A stretch of DNA of 64,000 nucleotides from Catajapyx aquilonaris (taxonomy: Eukaryota): NCBI GenBank assembly GCA_000934665.2, contig KZ538133.1:62001-126000 (forward strand), read 5' to 3'. Position numbers and translations under genes: made by a program. Below, piece by piece: positions 1 to 13,025 of the stretch (the stretch's first letter is position 1; the number at the start of each line of letters is the position of its first letter). Under the pieces are notes generated by a model that was not told where the DNA came from, searched no databases, and saw nothing but the letters and a program-made list of their open reading frames with translations.

Positions 1-669
1 TCTATACGATCGTCCCTAATATAAGGTAAGCAACTTGATTCGTGTCTGTTGAATGGTGGTCGTTCAGGTTCGAAGGGTCGATCCGACATGCTCATTAGTG
101 GTGCTGGGATGTAGGTGGGACAATTCTGAATTCGTAGAATCCACTGAGCTGAATTTGGAATGAGGATCCAGTCTATATATCTGGGTATCAGGACTATGAT
201 CTTCGCTAGATTCGCGAATTTTGAATAGAAGAGGAAGAGGCGATCACGTTTATGAGGATAATGATTATATCACTATCAGTTTCGGTACATCTGGTTATAA
301 GGATTTTCTCCCAATATTTTGTAAAGCGATGTAAAACCTGTGTCGATCGTTAATCAGATTTGAAAGCAATTTGGGACCTAACACACATTTAATTGTGGTA
401 TAAACTCCCGGACGAAATTGTCAAATATTTCATATCCGCATCAGCTGGTGATTCAAAGAATAACCATCAAAAGTTTTCAAAGGAGAAAAAATTGCTTTCC
501 AGAATATGTTTCCTGCTTCTCCGATAAAAAAATTCGCGCTCAGAGTTTCACAATGTACAAATATTGTTTCCTTAACCCATAAACCCGACTTCAGGAAATT
601 GCATTATTGGATGCATTACCAGTCACTCAGAGTTCAAAGGTCATAAGAGACATTACATTTTTTATACAA

Positions 670-1200
670 ACCCCCTCAGGGAAATACATTTCGCCCTCCC
701 CCCCCCTCTTCGCAGTTACAGTTGCCGGATGATGATGAAAGGAGTTTCCGGGCCCGCATTGAGTTACATGGGGCTCCAAGTGACGTAATAGGACCTCCCC
801 CTCCTCCCCTCCCCCTCCACGAGTTTATAGTCTATTGAAAGGCAACCGCCTATGAAATTGAATGCTCCCATCGATCGCCTGCGGGCCTGCCTTTGCGCCG
901 CAAAGTTCCGCTTTCACAAGCTCCTTTCGGGCCCCCGCATTTCCGGAGGGAAAAACCGGGGAACCCCCCGAAGCAATCGTGTGACGTCATGCGCACATAT
1001 GATGACCCATAGGTTGCCCATAGGCCTAGAGGCGCTGAAGGTTTCTGAGTAAGAAATAGCTGACATTGTGATGCGGGAGACCACGAGGCTTGGGGTTAAA
1101 TATGGCGGGGGTGTAACAAAGGGGGGCGGGGGGGTGTCAAGTTATGGCTGGATTGCGCCGGATTAGTGTAGATACGCATACTTCGCGGGGCTGAATTTTA
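670..1200. promoter_or_regulatory. GC/CpG-rich promoter- or enhancer-like island
   Basis: It clusters TGACGTCA (about 982), TGACGTAA (781), a YY1-type AATATGGCG (1099), a GC box GGGGCGGGG (about 1123) and ETS-like TTCCGG sites. Confidence 0.4.
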
Positions 1201-4200
1201 ATTAAGCTACCCGAATTGTTTGGGAGAATGTGAGTGTTGTTCGCGCCATAGGACGACGTTTAGTGGTCGGGTTGGTTGGGAGTTTTTTTTATTTTTTTTG
1301 TAACATGAGAGGGGATGACACACGTTTTGAATTTTTGGGCTTGCTTTCGGAAGTTTGGTGGAATAGTTGGCTCGAAATAGGAGGATTTACGGTAAAAATG
1401 CAGCCGGTCTGTCAACTTGTAGGAATTGTATAGTGTGTATTCGCCAGATTTGTAGTCTGATACGAACATTCTGAGAAATAATTTTACAAAAATACAGTTC
1501 ACATAGTTCTATATAGAGAACATGACAATGTATCAGCATGTCTCATCGGTCGTGACAATTCAATACATTTTGTGTACGACTTCACGTTTTTCAATTCTTA
1601 ATACGATTCTACTGACGTCTTAAGTGAAAAAGAAATATTCGGCGAAATTTATTTTATGCAAACCACAGTGGCCTTCAGAGAGCAAAATGTTTTCCCAAGC
1701 TTACAATGGAGTTCAGTATCCTCTTATAATATACCTATACGTTTATGATGCCATGAGCTCTGATTCCATACTATACACTGGAGAATATTAAACTGACACA
1801 AAAGACAACTTAGCACAGATCTGCACAACATTTCCTTCCTTTCCCACTCTGTTACAAGTAATTTCATCAGTCTAACAGGAGACCTTATACTTTACTGGAC
1901 TCAAAGGGTTATTTGTCTTACCAGCAGATACGAGGGACATTAGCATTTCCAAACATAATTAATTGGGCTTCTCTAACCAAATGTTCCATCCGCCCTATAC
2001 AATACATTTCATTCATCTAAATTGTGGTTTGCGTTTCATAATGTATGTAAATGACCTAGCTCGTTTTAAAGGGAAAAAGGCTTTTTGTAGTGCTCTGCAG
2101 CTTTCACAAGGATAATTTCTTTTGCCAGAGTGGTCACGAGCATTTGCATAAGTACACTACAGCTTTAGAGTACGCTCCGCACCTGTAAAATTTTCTGCTC
2201 TATAAATTAGCGTTTATTCCTGGCACTAAAAACGCTAATTAAATGTCAGTGTGGTTAATTACGTCATGTTGAACGCACTGCAAAGAGGTCGCTATTCATG
2301 GACTGTCCGCACGTAATGCCATTCTCTTCTAGGTAATGACATTACACTGCGAATCCCTTGTCAAAAATTAAATCATAAAAACCCTGTCACAACTGGCCAG
2401 TTTTATTACCTAAAACTGGCCTCATATTTGTCGAATCGATGACGACAAACCATTTTGATTCCCATTGTTTGCGGTGAATCTCCATAAGTTTTCCTGCTGA
2501 CTAATACCCAATTTTTGCGCCCCCCCCCCTCCCCCCGATATTCAAACACTACGAAGGATTAAGACTTCTAGAGCCGAATAAATCCGCGTAAATAAATAAG
2601 TCTTCTAGGACGTATTCAAATGTAGCCTACTTGAGCCCCCCTAGAGTTAAGGCCAAGTGTCAAACTGCCTTCATTTGCATATCTTCAGGGGCTTTTGCGG
2701 ATGCTCCTTCAGACTACTAATCGCATTAATTCTATTAAGAGAGCTAAGGGACAAATGGCGGAGTGTTCACCTGGAAATTCAACGTTGCCATTTCCACCTA
2801 TAACAATCATCATATCGTACATACATACCGGGTGGGAAGCACGTGTTCGGAAGGTTTGCTGACCTGGCCAAACACGACCGGAATGACCCACGGTTGGATG
2901 AGCCGATGCTCGTAATTATCGCTAGAGTGAGGGTTTATGGCCGGGAAAACAAATTAAAATGGAAATGCAAATCAATTGGGGGGAAATGCAAAAATATGCA
3001 TGATAAACATGAGCTGCGTTTTTGCACACTACGAGATAGTTTCGGATGTGGATATGCAATTTTTTCTGAATAAGGAAGCTATGGAGCTATTCCTGTGTGT
3101 ATTTTCAGAGTGTTTCCAGACAGATTTATTTGTTTGGTAGCGCTCCCGGTTGTTTTATCCTGGCAGCAATATGGCGTCGGTTGAAAATTATGAAATAACA
3201 TATTTTAAAAAGTTATAATTATTAACCCTCACAAATTTCAGACTTTTTGCTCGTTTTCTGCTCTTTTGAAATCTTGGCACCCAAACGAAACATTTTTCTT
3301 GTGCTAACTTGTCGGAAGTGGTGGTGGGGAAGAAAGGGTGTGGAGGCTGCAGGGCTTGGGGATAAACTTGGTTGTTGGAATAATACAAACTGTAGAGCGT
3401 GGAAAGCCAAATCGATGGCGATGAGAAGCAATAGCAATCAATAGTTACCCTTACTGAATGAAAATAGCGAAAGTTATTCAGGAACTGTTAGTTGAAATGT
3501 GTCGCAAATAGGATTCACCACAGTGTCATCTCGTCGCCATAGAGCAATCTATTGTCCTGACGACCGAGTAAAGGACAAGCTCTTCCCGCCAGACTTGACA
3601 GCATCTTCTACTCCATGAAGGCTATTCTCAACAATAGTTTGCGGAAAGATGTGGGGGTAACGGATGGTGCCAAGTCTGGGCTTGATGGCGGCTTTGGTCA
3701 CGATGTCGCAATCGTGGTGTCGCATCTCACACAAAGTTTGCTTGCTTGTGGGCGACCGCAATTTGTCGCGATTCCGCGCAAGGTCTGTTTGGACACCTTG
3801 AGGGCTAACTCTCATGCCACAAGAGCCTTTGGCTCAATTACACCGTGTGTCGTAATGATTAAGACAAACTTCCTTGGTAGTTAGTATGTTAATTGGATCC
3901 AAATATAAACAACTTTTTCTATACATTAAGTATTCATGTAACTGTTACGTAACTTTGTCAACAGGAGTACTGAATTATTTGAGAGAAGAAAACGTTTGGA
4001 AACCACAGTCCTATACTAACTCTCTCTCAAAATAACGTTGCACGTTTGCCCTTTATACGACACAAAACATTGCTTCCAGAGTGCACAGGATAGGTTGACA
4101 AAGTGAATATCACATGAAGTTGAAATTTTGATGCAACTTCATTTGCTTTGTGTAACTGATCACACGCTATAGCAGCAGACATATACTGTGGAGGTTGTGC

Positions 4201-7200
4201 AAAAAAATACTTTCACATATTGTTGTTCCAGAGCTTCACAAGCAGCCTTACTCTTTAATTGACTTTTCTTTGTCTCATTATTAGGCTATGACAACTTTCC
4301 ACAGAATTTTCAAGCCACCAAATGTACCGCCTGGCACCCAAGTCTGCACCCAAAAAAAATGATGTGCGAACCATACTGACCAAATTTAGTCCAAATAGCC
4401 CCACTGTCCATAATACCACCGAACGTCCATTTCATAGCACAAAATGGAAATGTGCACTGCCCATACATATTTATTCCAGCCGCAATCTGCTTGCCATAAA
4501 TTCCCACCGCCCAATAGGGGGGCTACAAAAAAAACACTCGGTGCAAGCTTACGACATCCAATTAAACCCTTGCATACAATACTCGTCATGATACCCATCA
4601 TAATAATTTAAAACCAAGACTAGTACTTCTAGGTACTGTTAATTTTAGGTGATTAAAAAATTGGGTGGCCCCCGTGTAATTCTTTTCCGCAGTCTGAATA
4701 ATTCCATCAGAGGACGAAAAGCCTGGGCTTTATATATGAAAAGAGGCAAACATGGGAGCCTAAAAAGTAGGGAGCATCCATCACCGTTGCTATCTGAAAA
4801 GCGGCTTTTGGACCATTGGCAACGACACTCGGGGGCGCTCGATAATTAACGTAATTAAATTCTGCGAGTCGTGTGGAAAGGGGATGGAGGAAAGTGTGTA
4901 TAAGCAAAAGGACACATCTTATGAGAGGTTTGCTAGGGTGGGTTGGTAGGGGAGTTACATTACCCAGATTGCAGTTGGGATTTTCTTCTCTGTGTCGGTT
5001 TGGGACATGTCCAACAAAAAAAAATCTAGGGAGTGAGTAGTGCTGCAAAACGGATGGCGAGGCAGTTGAAAGGGGAGCATTTGGACCCGGTTCAAAACCC
5101 GCTCTTATTCCATTCAACTCGAAACTTTTCAAAGGTCTCGTAACCCGCATCTAGGCGCAGGCGCTAATGGCGCCTCACAAATTCGTTAACCCATGCGGAA
5201 GATGATCAAAATTTGGGAGGTGTCGAGTCAATTTGGCCCACCAAAGACACATCCTATACATATAAACCCTATTAAAACGCATCCATCATGTCGTGCCGCT
5301 AGAAAATAATCAGCATACGCCATCTACACTAATTTCCTTCTCAAACAAAATTAGCAAATTTGCATTTTCAGACATACAGTATTGTGGCTCAAGTTTTGGC
5401 AACGTATCCACTTGGTTAATCCCATTTTTTACAAATTGTAGTATATATCCAAGTGTGCTAAAATGCAACAAAAATCCCACAGGAATTTGCGAAGGGAACT
5501 GTATCCGGACCTGGAAGGCGAATCCGGTTCACCGACCGGGAGCCCGGATTTTGCCAACCGCAGGGATGAAACCGCGGACAAATGGTACCCGGAAAATCGC
5601 AAATCCCCAAACTGAGTCAAACTGGTAAAAAAAAAATATTGGACGCATGAATCATGAGAGAGATACATCTAAATTTTGCACACGCAGAATATTTTTTTTC
5701 ATCGCAAAAGTCCAATCCCCTAGATACATGCCATGGGAGCGATAAATATCAATTGTGCCAGGCAATCAAATGACGCCGATTGGTCCCCCTTGCCTCGTCG
5801 CAGAAAATCAGATTTGCAAAATTATTCGGAAAATTATTATTGCCACCGCAATACTGCCTCGGAATGCGATTGCCAATTCAACTGCAGAAAAATCATCACA
5901 TTGTTGAATTTTATATACGGTAGTAAGTTACAGTATGTGCAAAAAATTGAGCAGATTTTTTTGCGTTCATGGTATTTTTAAGGGGACCACCAAGAATGAA
6001 AAATGGGTGCGGTTGAGTCTTTGTACCGAGGCGTAACCACAGTGGAGGAAATTAATTTCGGACGCGGTTTTATTTTTTCGTTTCGTCGAATAGCTGGCGG
6101 TCACACATTCCACTCGCCAAAAAATATGACCATCCATAGTCCGGTACACCACGAAAACCTCAAAAAATTAAGGCCAGTGATTTCAATATCGACACCATAA
6201 GAAATGAACAATATCTTACAGTGTAGCCAATCCGTCTTAAAAAGTCGTCAGCCTCAAGTTATGTATGAAATGTAAAAAAGATGCAAACACGTGGCGAATC
6301 CAATAGAACACCGTGCAAGCAATATACCCTATAAGTTACTACAGACCATCGATATTCACTCCAACATGGCCGCTGTCAACAAATATGGTAAACAAAATGG
6401 CGAACCCATAACTGGCACATCAAAAGATTTCACCCTCTCTTTTTGTCCCTTTCTTTTATTGTAAAATGTAACATTTTGTGACCAAAAACCCAGGATCGAT
6501 AGGAATCCAATCAATCAAGCGTCGATGCGGGTTAGTCCCGGATTGCAGGTTGGGCAGCCGATCAATTGATCGCCTCCGGATTAATTATTGCCCCACCGGA
6601 TGAAAGGCCCGCCTCAGATTGGAAACCGCGCCTGCCTCGCTATTCAATTACAACCCCACGCTACATGTGCTCAAAACGCAGCGATCGACGTGTGCTCGAC
6701 AATTGCCTCTGTTTACATGCACGTAGAATGGGGGGTGGGGTACAGATATCCGACTTTTGTTGCCAGAGGGTGGGGATGTTCGGTTTTATTATTGTCACGT
6801 GAGCGATTTATTCCTGCTCTCTTAGGTCGGAAAACTGACGGACGATTTAACGCTGTTTTCAGCGTTTTAACGTCAACCGGTTTCCGACTCAGCGCTTCAA
6901 TTGTTGGGGTCAAAAACGTAGGCGAGCGATTTGGAAGCGTTCAGATAGTGCCTAGATTGCCAAGAAGAGAAGAGGGGCTGACAAATGTGCTTGCCCCGGT
7001 TATAATTTATGGGGATGTTGTCAAAAGTGTGCCAAGTTCTGCTTGCCACTCAAAAACTGGTCAAAAATGGCCTTTGGATATGCGGCGCCTAGTTGACGTC
7101 GCGATAATGGGCACTATAAAAGAGGCGCTCAATCTACTGTCATGATGGTTGCATAATGCCAGGATATACATTATTATGGAATATAGACCTGTAATATTTA

Positions 7201-10200
7201 TTTATAAATAATTCCCACCGGAGGATCGTGGTGGTGGCCCAATAACACCAAGGTCGCCTCCTTACAGGCCGTATCACGACTGATTACAACTTATAGCCTC
7301 CCCCAGGTCCGACACTCGCGCCAGCTATAGTGGGAAGCATCAAAATATGTAACGGCGGTGCCTGATCTATGTGTTACAATCACGCCATTCATTAACCATG
7401 ATTACTATCACACTATCACACTATGAAGGGGAGGCCATGCAGATGTTAAGATTTGACTGCAGGGGGGTCCTATTCTTTTGGGCGTTTTCGCTCAAAGAAG
7501 AGGTCACGTGTAGATGGGTGTCCTGCGGGCCCTGGAGCAACAAAGGATCGAGAGGATCACGTGACTGTTAAAATTGGGTTCTATTGTGTGTCGGGGGCTC
7601 GTTAGTGGGCAGGGAGGGGGGGGGGGAACGTCATTATTGGTGGGCTGTTCCAAAGGCCCATTTGACGCAGAAGGTGCCGCCGACTCACCAATTCAGCAGG
7701 GGGGGGGGGGCATTGGGGTGGAGTTAGGTCTGATTACTGAGGGGGGTAGATGGGCCATTAGGCCTCACCACGTCATTGGGTGGGGTCAATCGGCATAAAT
7801 ATCGCAACAATGATCGACACGTTAGAGCAATATCCGTTCAAAAATCAGATAATAGCTGGATAAGCGAAACTGAAAGAGTTACTATATTCATCCTCCATTA
7901 GTCGTTCTGACTTCTGGTACTGGCAAACGTGGCTTTGCAAGTGTCGCGAAATGACAAATCGTCGTTCTCATATAATTCCGTCCGCAGATTGTCGGATGAT
8001 AATTATCCTGTCTGAGCATGGCACAGGTAGTGCTGCCTGTTAATGAGCTGTCTTTGACATTTTTAGTCATTATCAGGACGCGCCAGTCAACATAATGACA
8101 GGCTGCGTACACCAAATGGCACATTACATAATTCCAGCAATCTAGTCGACGACAAATTATTGTCAGCTAATTTTTTATTGCGCGAGAACTAATTTTTTGA
8201 GTGACATCCGACGAGCTAGTTGCCTTTAACCCTTTGAAGTCCTGTGATCCATTATGGCATCAAGAACAGGCTTGTTTACTAGCTGATGCATACGGGTAGT
8301 TACAGTGCATAAGGTTCAGCAGATATGCTGTTAGTTCCTCCTACCATCCACCAGAGGTGCTGCATCTTCCCACTGCGCAACCGCAGGAAGCGTCGAGCAA
8401 ACACTGCCAAGATGGCCGATAAAACATCCCTTCAAAAAAAAGACAATAAACTTTACACGTGCAACCGGAACCAACGTTATGAATGCATCTCACGCCGCCA
8501 TATTAGCCCCGTGACACCCCCAGTGTAATATCTGTGTGTATTTATTTAGCATGTCGGACGCTGGCGGTGAGGGCGTCGCAGGGATTCAAATCCGGGCTTA
8601 AGTCTGCGTTGCTACCGAGTCCTCATAATCGCCCCCGGAGGCCCCATCATCCTTTGCCGAGAGCCACCCAGATAAAGCCACCCTTCCTATTCTGCCCAAT
8701 GGTAACAAAAAAAAAAAAAAAAGTAAAAAGAGGGGTTGCTGAGTTCCCCCCTGGGGTACCTCATGGACGCGTATACGTGTTAATTCCTGCCTTTTTATAG
8801 TGCCGACAGTCACGTGACTCCGCCTTTGTCCCAAAAGCCCACACTTAGCACCAATTTCACACCTCAGCTCGGGATAAGGCTGGAATTTGCATAGTTTTTT
8901 AACAGTCTAATAAAGCATGTATGGTGGGCCCTTTTTCTCCTTTTTTGAGGTTCAGTGGAGAATAGACCTATAACTACTGGGGATGGTCATATAAACGAAT
9001 GGCTTGCTGTACCTCTATATATTTTAAAGGATACTGCACCGTGTTTTGAAAGGTACATTTTCTACAATGGGTTAGCGTTTCGCTGTAATTCTGGGCCTCA
9101 TGAGAAAGTAAGGCCTGTAGTGTTTGCATGTCAAATGTATGCATAATCATGAATAAATGAGCTTATACTAGAGTGATCATATATTTTCTACTGAATATTC
9201 AACTTTCCAGAGATGGAAATTTGCATTAATTATAATAACACCATTAATTGTTGAAGCCCATTTTATATGCGTAAGGTGTTAGTAATTTATTAAATTACGA
9301 CACAAAAATTATTATTACCCATACAATTTTTTAACTCGTGATAACTTCGAACCTTACCATATTTCGCCATTTTATAGATGCAATAGTGGATAACAGGCAC
9401 AAAATCGCACTAGGCTATACCAGTTATGAGATTAGGCAATGCAAGGATAGTGGTTAGCACTCTGGAAGACTTCACGTTCAAAACTTTTTGAAAGCAAGTT
9501 GATGTTCAATATGTGCCCTCAAAATGCGGATAACCAGCAAAAAAATGCATCTCTCCCACCCTACCCACTCCCTAGTTCCCCCCGGTCCATCTGCCAATTT
9601 AACCAAACACGATTTCAACCCTCTACTCTCTACCCCTCAGGTGTGGAAGCTCCCAAAAGTTTAGAATATTGAGCCCACATCGTATAGATTTTTTCATATA
9701 CAACCTGCAGCTAATGTTTCGTCGAAGTTGAAAATACTCCAGAGAACCTTTGGGAACAGGCAATGTTAACACATCATACACATTGTTGTGGTCATCTAGT
9801 AACATCTATTTCTTGACATATGCCATTGGGCTTACACAAAGCCATTTCTTCACACTGTAGTTGAGACGTATTCATGCCCGACACCATGCCCTTTGACCTT
9901 TCTCTTCCGTCCCTCTCTGGCGGGGTCCGATGGTGAAAGAACATGGGTAAAAAATCGCGGCGGCGGCTTGAATGGAATATTCGATCACCTGCCGAGCGCC
10001 CTTAAAAAAACACGAGTAGGGGGACGGATGGGTGGGGTAGAGGGTGGGAAGGAAGGCAGGAATAATAATAAATAAATCATCATGTAGAAGAGGGGGGTTC
10101 GCTTCAAAGGCACGCTTCTGCTTTTCCACACGGAAAATGGCGCGAGAGGCTAGCAGAAGCAAGAAATAAATATGGATCCGAATCCAACGCAAACACTGCA

Positions 10201-11774
10201 GATTCAGTTATCAAATTATTATCGTACTCCATAGCAATAGACGCCAAATTGAACCATTTCCCCCAATCAGCTTGGGTCAACACTGAAGTTACAGATAGAT
10301 AGTAAGCGGATTTTTTTAAAAGTCAATATGTCCGGTTGTTTGTTAAAAAGAACTAAAGACACATGAAATTCTACTATAGGAGGATGTTTAATTCGGTGCG
10401 GACTAATCCTGAACCCGATAAAAAAACAACTTATATCTGACATGCAATCGAGTAAAAGAAAAACCGATGTCAGATTTTGTTCATGCGACTTCCATTGAGA
10501 CTTTCAATTAATAATGAGACGGGTGTACTGTACAGTTTGCCCAAACACAGGAAGCAGGATTGGTATGTGCTTTTCGCCTATATAATGAGGGGCGTGGAAT
10601 TAATTATTGTTTGCAGCAGCGCGAACATGCTCCCAATTCATATTATCTGCAATAACATCGAAAGAAATGCAGCATTAACACAGATTGTTTATACATTATA
10701 AACATAATTGCAGTCCGCCTACACATAAACGTCCTGCAGGTATAGAGTATGCGGTTCAGATGCTCTTCATTTTCGCTATTTTACTACCTAGAGTGACCTT
10801 GTATTAAAATGACACATATTTTATACTACGTGACGCACGCTATTTGATTACTTTTTGCTGTACTTGCTACAAACGTAGATAAGTATGATGGCAAACCTAG
10901 AGCCTTTTCCAACTCGGGTGTGTAAAATGCTCTTACATATTTATAACCCTCAAAAGTCTCGCTGTTAAGTCAGATCGTGAGGTCAATTCCTGAACGTGCC
11001 TTGGATTAACCTATAACTATGTTAACTGCAATCAATAATTCATTCGTGCACCTTCCAAGTCTTTTCGCTTTCGCAGTTTACATTCACCACTTGGATATGA
11101 TGTATCCAGTATTCATAAGGAAGAGCGCTTGTGTCATAATATTACTATTGGTTAGGGCGTTTCAGCAAAGAGGTATGGGTTGTCTCAACCAGACAACTAT
11201 TTCTGCAGAAAATTGCTTTCAAAATAAGACCAGTTAGTTTGTTTTCAACAAAAAAAAACTCTTAAGAAACTCCAGCATCAAGACACTTTGAAACCATCAG
11301 ATTTCATTCTACTCGCTTCTGTAGCAATTCATTAGAAGTGTCACGTCCAGGAAGGTAGATTAAGTTCTTGAACAACTTTACTTGAGAGATCCAGAAAAAA
11401 CTTTTAAACACGCACTTATTTACTCCTTTAATTCTCTAAAAGTTTCCACCCTATATTTCCCTCGCATTTATATTTTAAGTTCCAGCAATCCCAGGATTAA
11501 CTCTCCCCATTCTTTCCCCCATAAATTATACATAAATGATCAAAACTTGGTTATAGTACACCCACCGACAAACTATTCACTCAATTTCTATACTTTTCTC
11601 GCCCCAAAATGGCCGCCCTATTCACTATGCCGCACTTTTCAGACACCGCGTTTCCTTTCTTTTCCGTGCCTTGACAATACTGTAGAATTACAGTCCAAAC
11701 GATACTGCTAAGCACGTCGTAACTTTCCCCCTGGGTCCGGTCTCCACTACGCACGCGCACAACTCCCCCCCCCC

Positions 11775-11819
11775 NNNNNNNNNNNNNNNNNNNNNNNNNN
11801 NNNNNNNNNNNNNNNNNNN
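11775..11819. other. Assembly gap (45 N) inside a poly-C run
   Basis: Read directly. The single Ns at 17989 and 29600 also abut poly-C/G runs. Confidence 0.98.
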
Positions 11820-12797
11820 CCCTTAACGAAGTCGTTCAAACTTTTAAAGGGAGAGAAGGAAGGAGGAGGGTGGTCCATGAGGTAAAAGGAGGTGGGGTGG
11901 TTCCGGATCAATTCCCGGAGCAAACAAGTAGCTCTCTTAGTTACGTACTTCCGGAAACTTCCACCCCCCCCTCACCTGCACGAGAGTTATTACTCCACTC
12001 CCCACACATCTTTACTTGGCACGAAAAAGCCGATACTTAGAACCTCATCAAATCCTTCAACTGGGTTCGCAAACTTCTAACTCTCAACAGCTAGAAAGGA
12101 GAAAAAAAATGGTGGGACATATATGGCGTTTTTTTTACAGGGGTGTAACGACTTGAAAGTTTGGTGCTATTTTACGGATCAGAGAATGTTGTGGACTGTG
12201 GAGAGTAAAATATGATGTCGCAGTGCATATTAAATATATTGGATGAAAAAAAAAGAAGTTTTGGGAGTGTAAATTATCTGCACTCGTGTTTCAGTCCGGC
12301 TCGAGGTCCTTGTCCTGGACTGGATTTGCATAATTTTCTGTGTTACCACACCAATTTGCGAGGGCTGTCACAAGCTCCAGCATCTCTCCGCCATGACCCA
12401 TCCATTCCATGCCTCCTTGAGTCCAATTCATGCCCTCTCCAGCGTCCAAAAACTCACTACATTTCACCCGCATAAGTCGAGCATAAGTGAGTGACTCTGC
12501 TGTAAATGGACGACAGACGTCGTTAATTACTTTCCAGGTCAGAAGTAACCCATGGCAACCTTTATGACTTAATCCCTACAAACAGCGCCAAACTGACAAA
12601 TCAGCAACTGTGAGTAAAATGCCATTTTTTCATAACACGTCACTGGTGTTTGGTACAGTGTTTGTTGCATATCACGCGCCACTCACATGTGTCGTACCCA
12701 CGCAGCATGACTTCCTTCGTGACAGTGACGTAAGCCTTCCCAACCCCTCAGGCAGTCATGTCATCCCACATGTTTCCCCTACCTGAGCACCTACATA

Positions 12798-13025
12798 CAG
12801 TGCTGGACATTAATTCCGTTATACTGCTAGCGACATTTTCCAATGCGGCAGACGTGCAAATCGAAGTGCGAGCCATGCGAGTAAGAAATGGTAGCCCTTG
12901 GGTGACGTCACTGGTTGGGACCTCGCAGCCGGTGACGTCACTCAAGGCCTACCTCTTCTTACTCGCACTGCCCACACTTCGATTCGCACTTCTGCCGCCC
13001 CAGATATGTCGCTAGCAGTATGACG
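12798..13025 (+). mobile_element. Palindromic Tc1/mariner-type MITE, copy 1 (right end truncated)
   Basis: It begins TA|CAGTGCTGGACATTAATTCC and has internal imperfect inverted arms of about 95 bp (12822-13020). It is homologous to the reverse complement of 15871-16081. Confidence 0.8.

Noticed and set aside
6573..6586. 14-mer CCTCCGGATTAATT shared with about 39039
   Set aside because: Several shared 14-mers are expected by chance in 64 kb, and the match does not extend.
6588..7145. Longest ORFs in the track (185 aa here; also 54733-55266, 39792-40256, 4707-5150 and 20540-20980)
   Set aside because: They have no recognisable domain or convincing splice context, several start at non-ATG codons, and such lengths can occur by chance in 64 kb.
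8226..8236. TTAACCCTT piggyBac-like termini (also near 22529 and, inverted, at 54622)
   Set aside because: There are no paired ends at a plausible distance and no extended TIR similarity.
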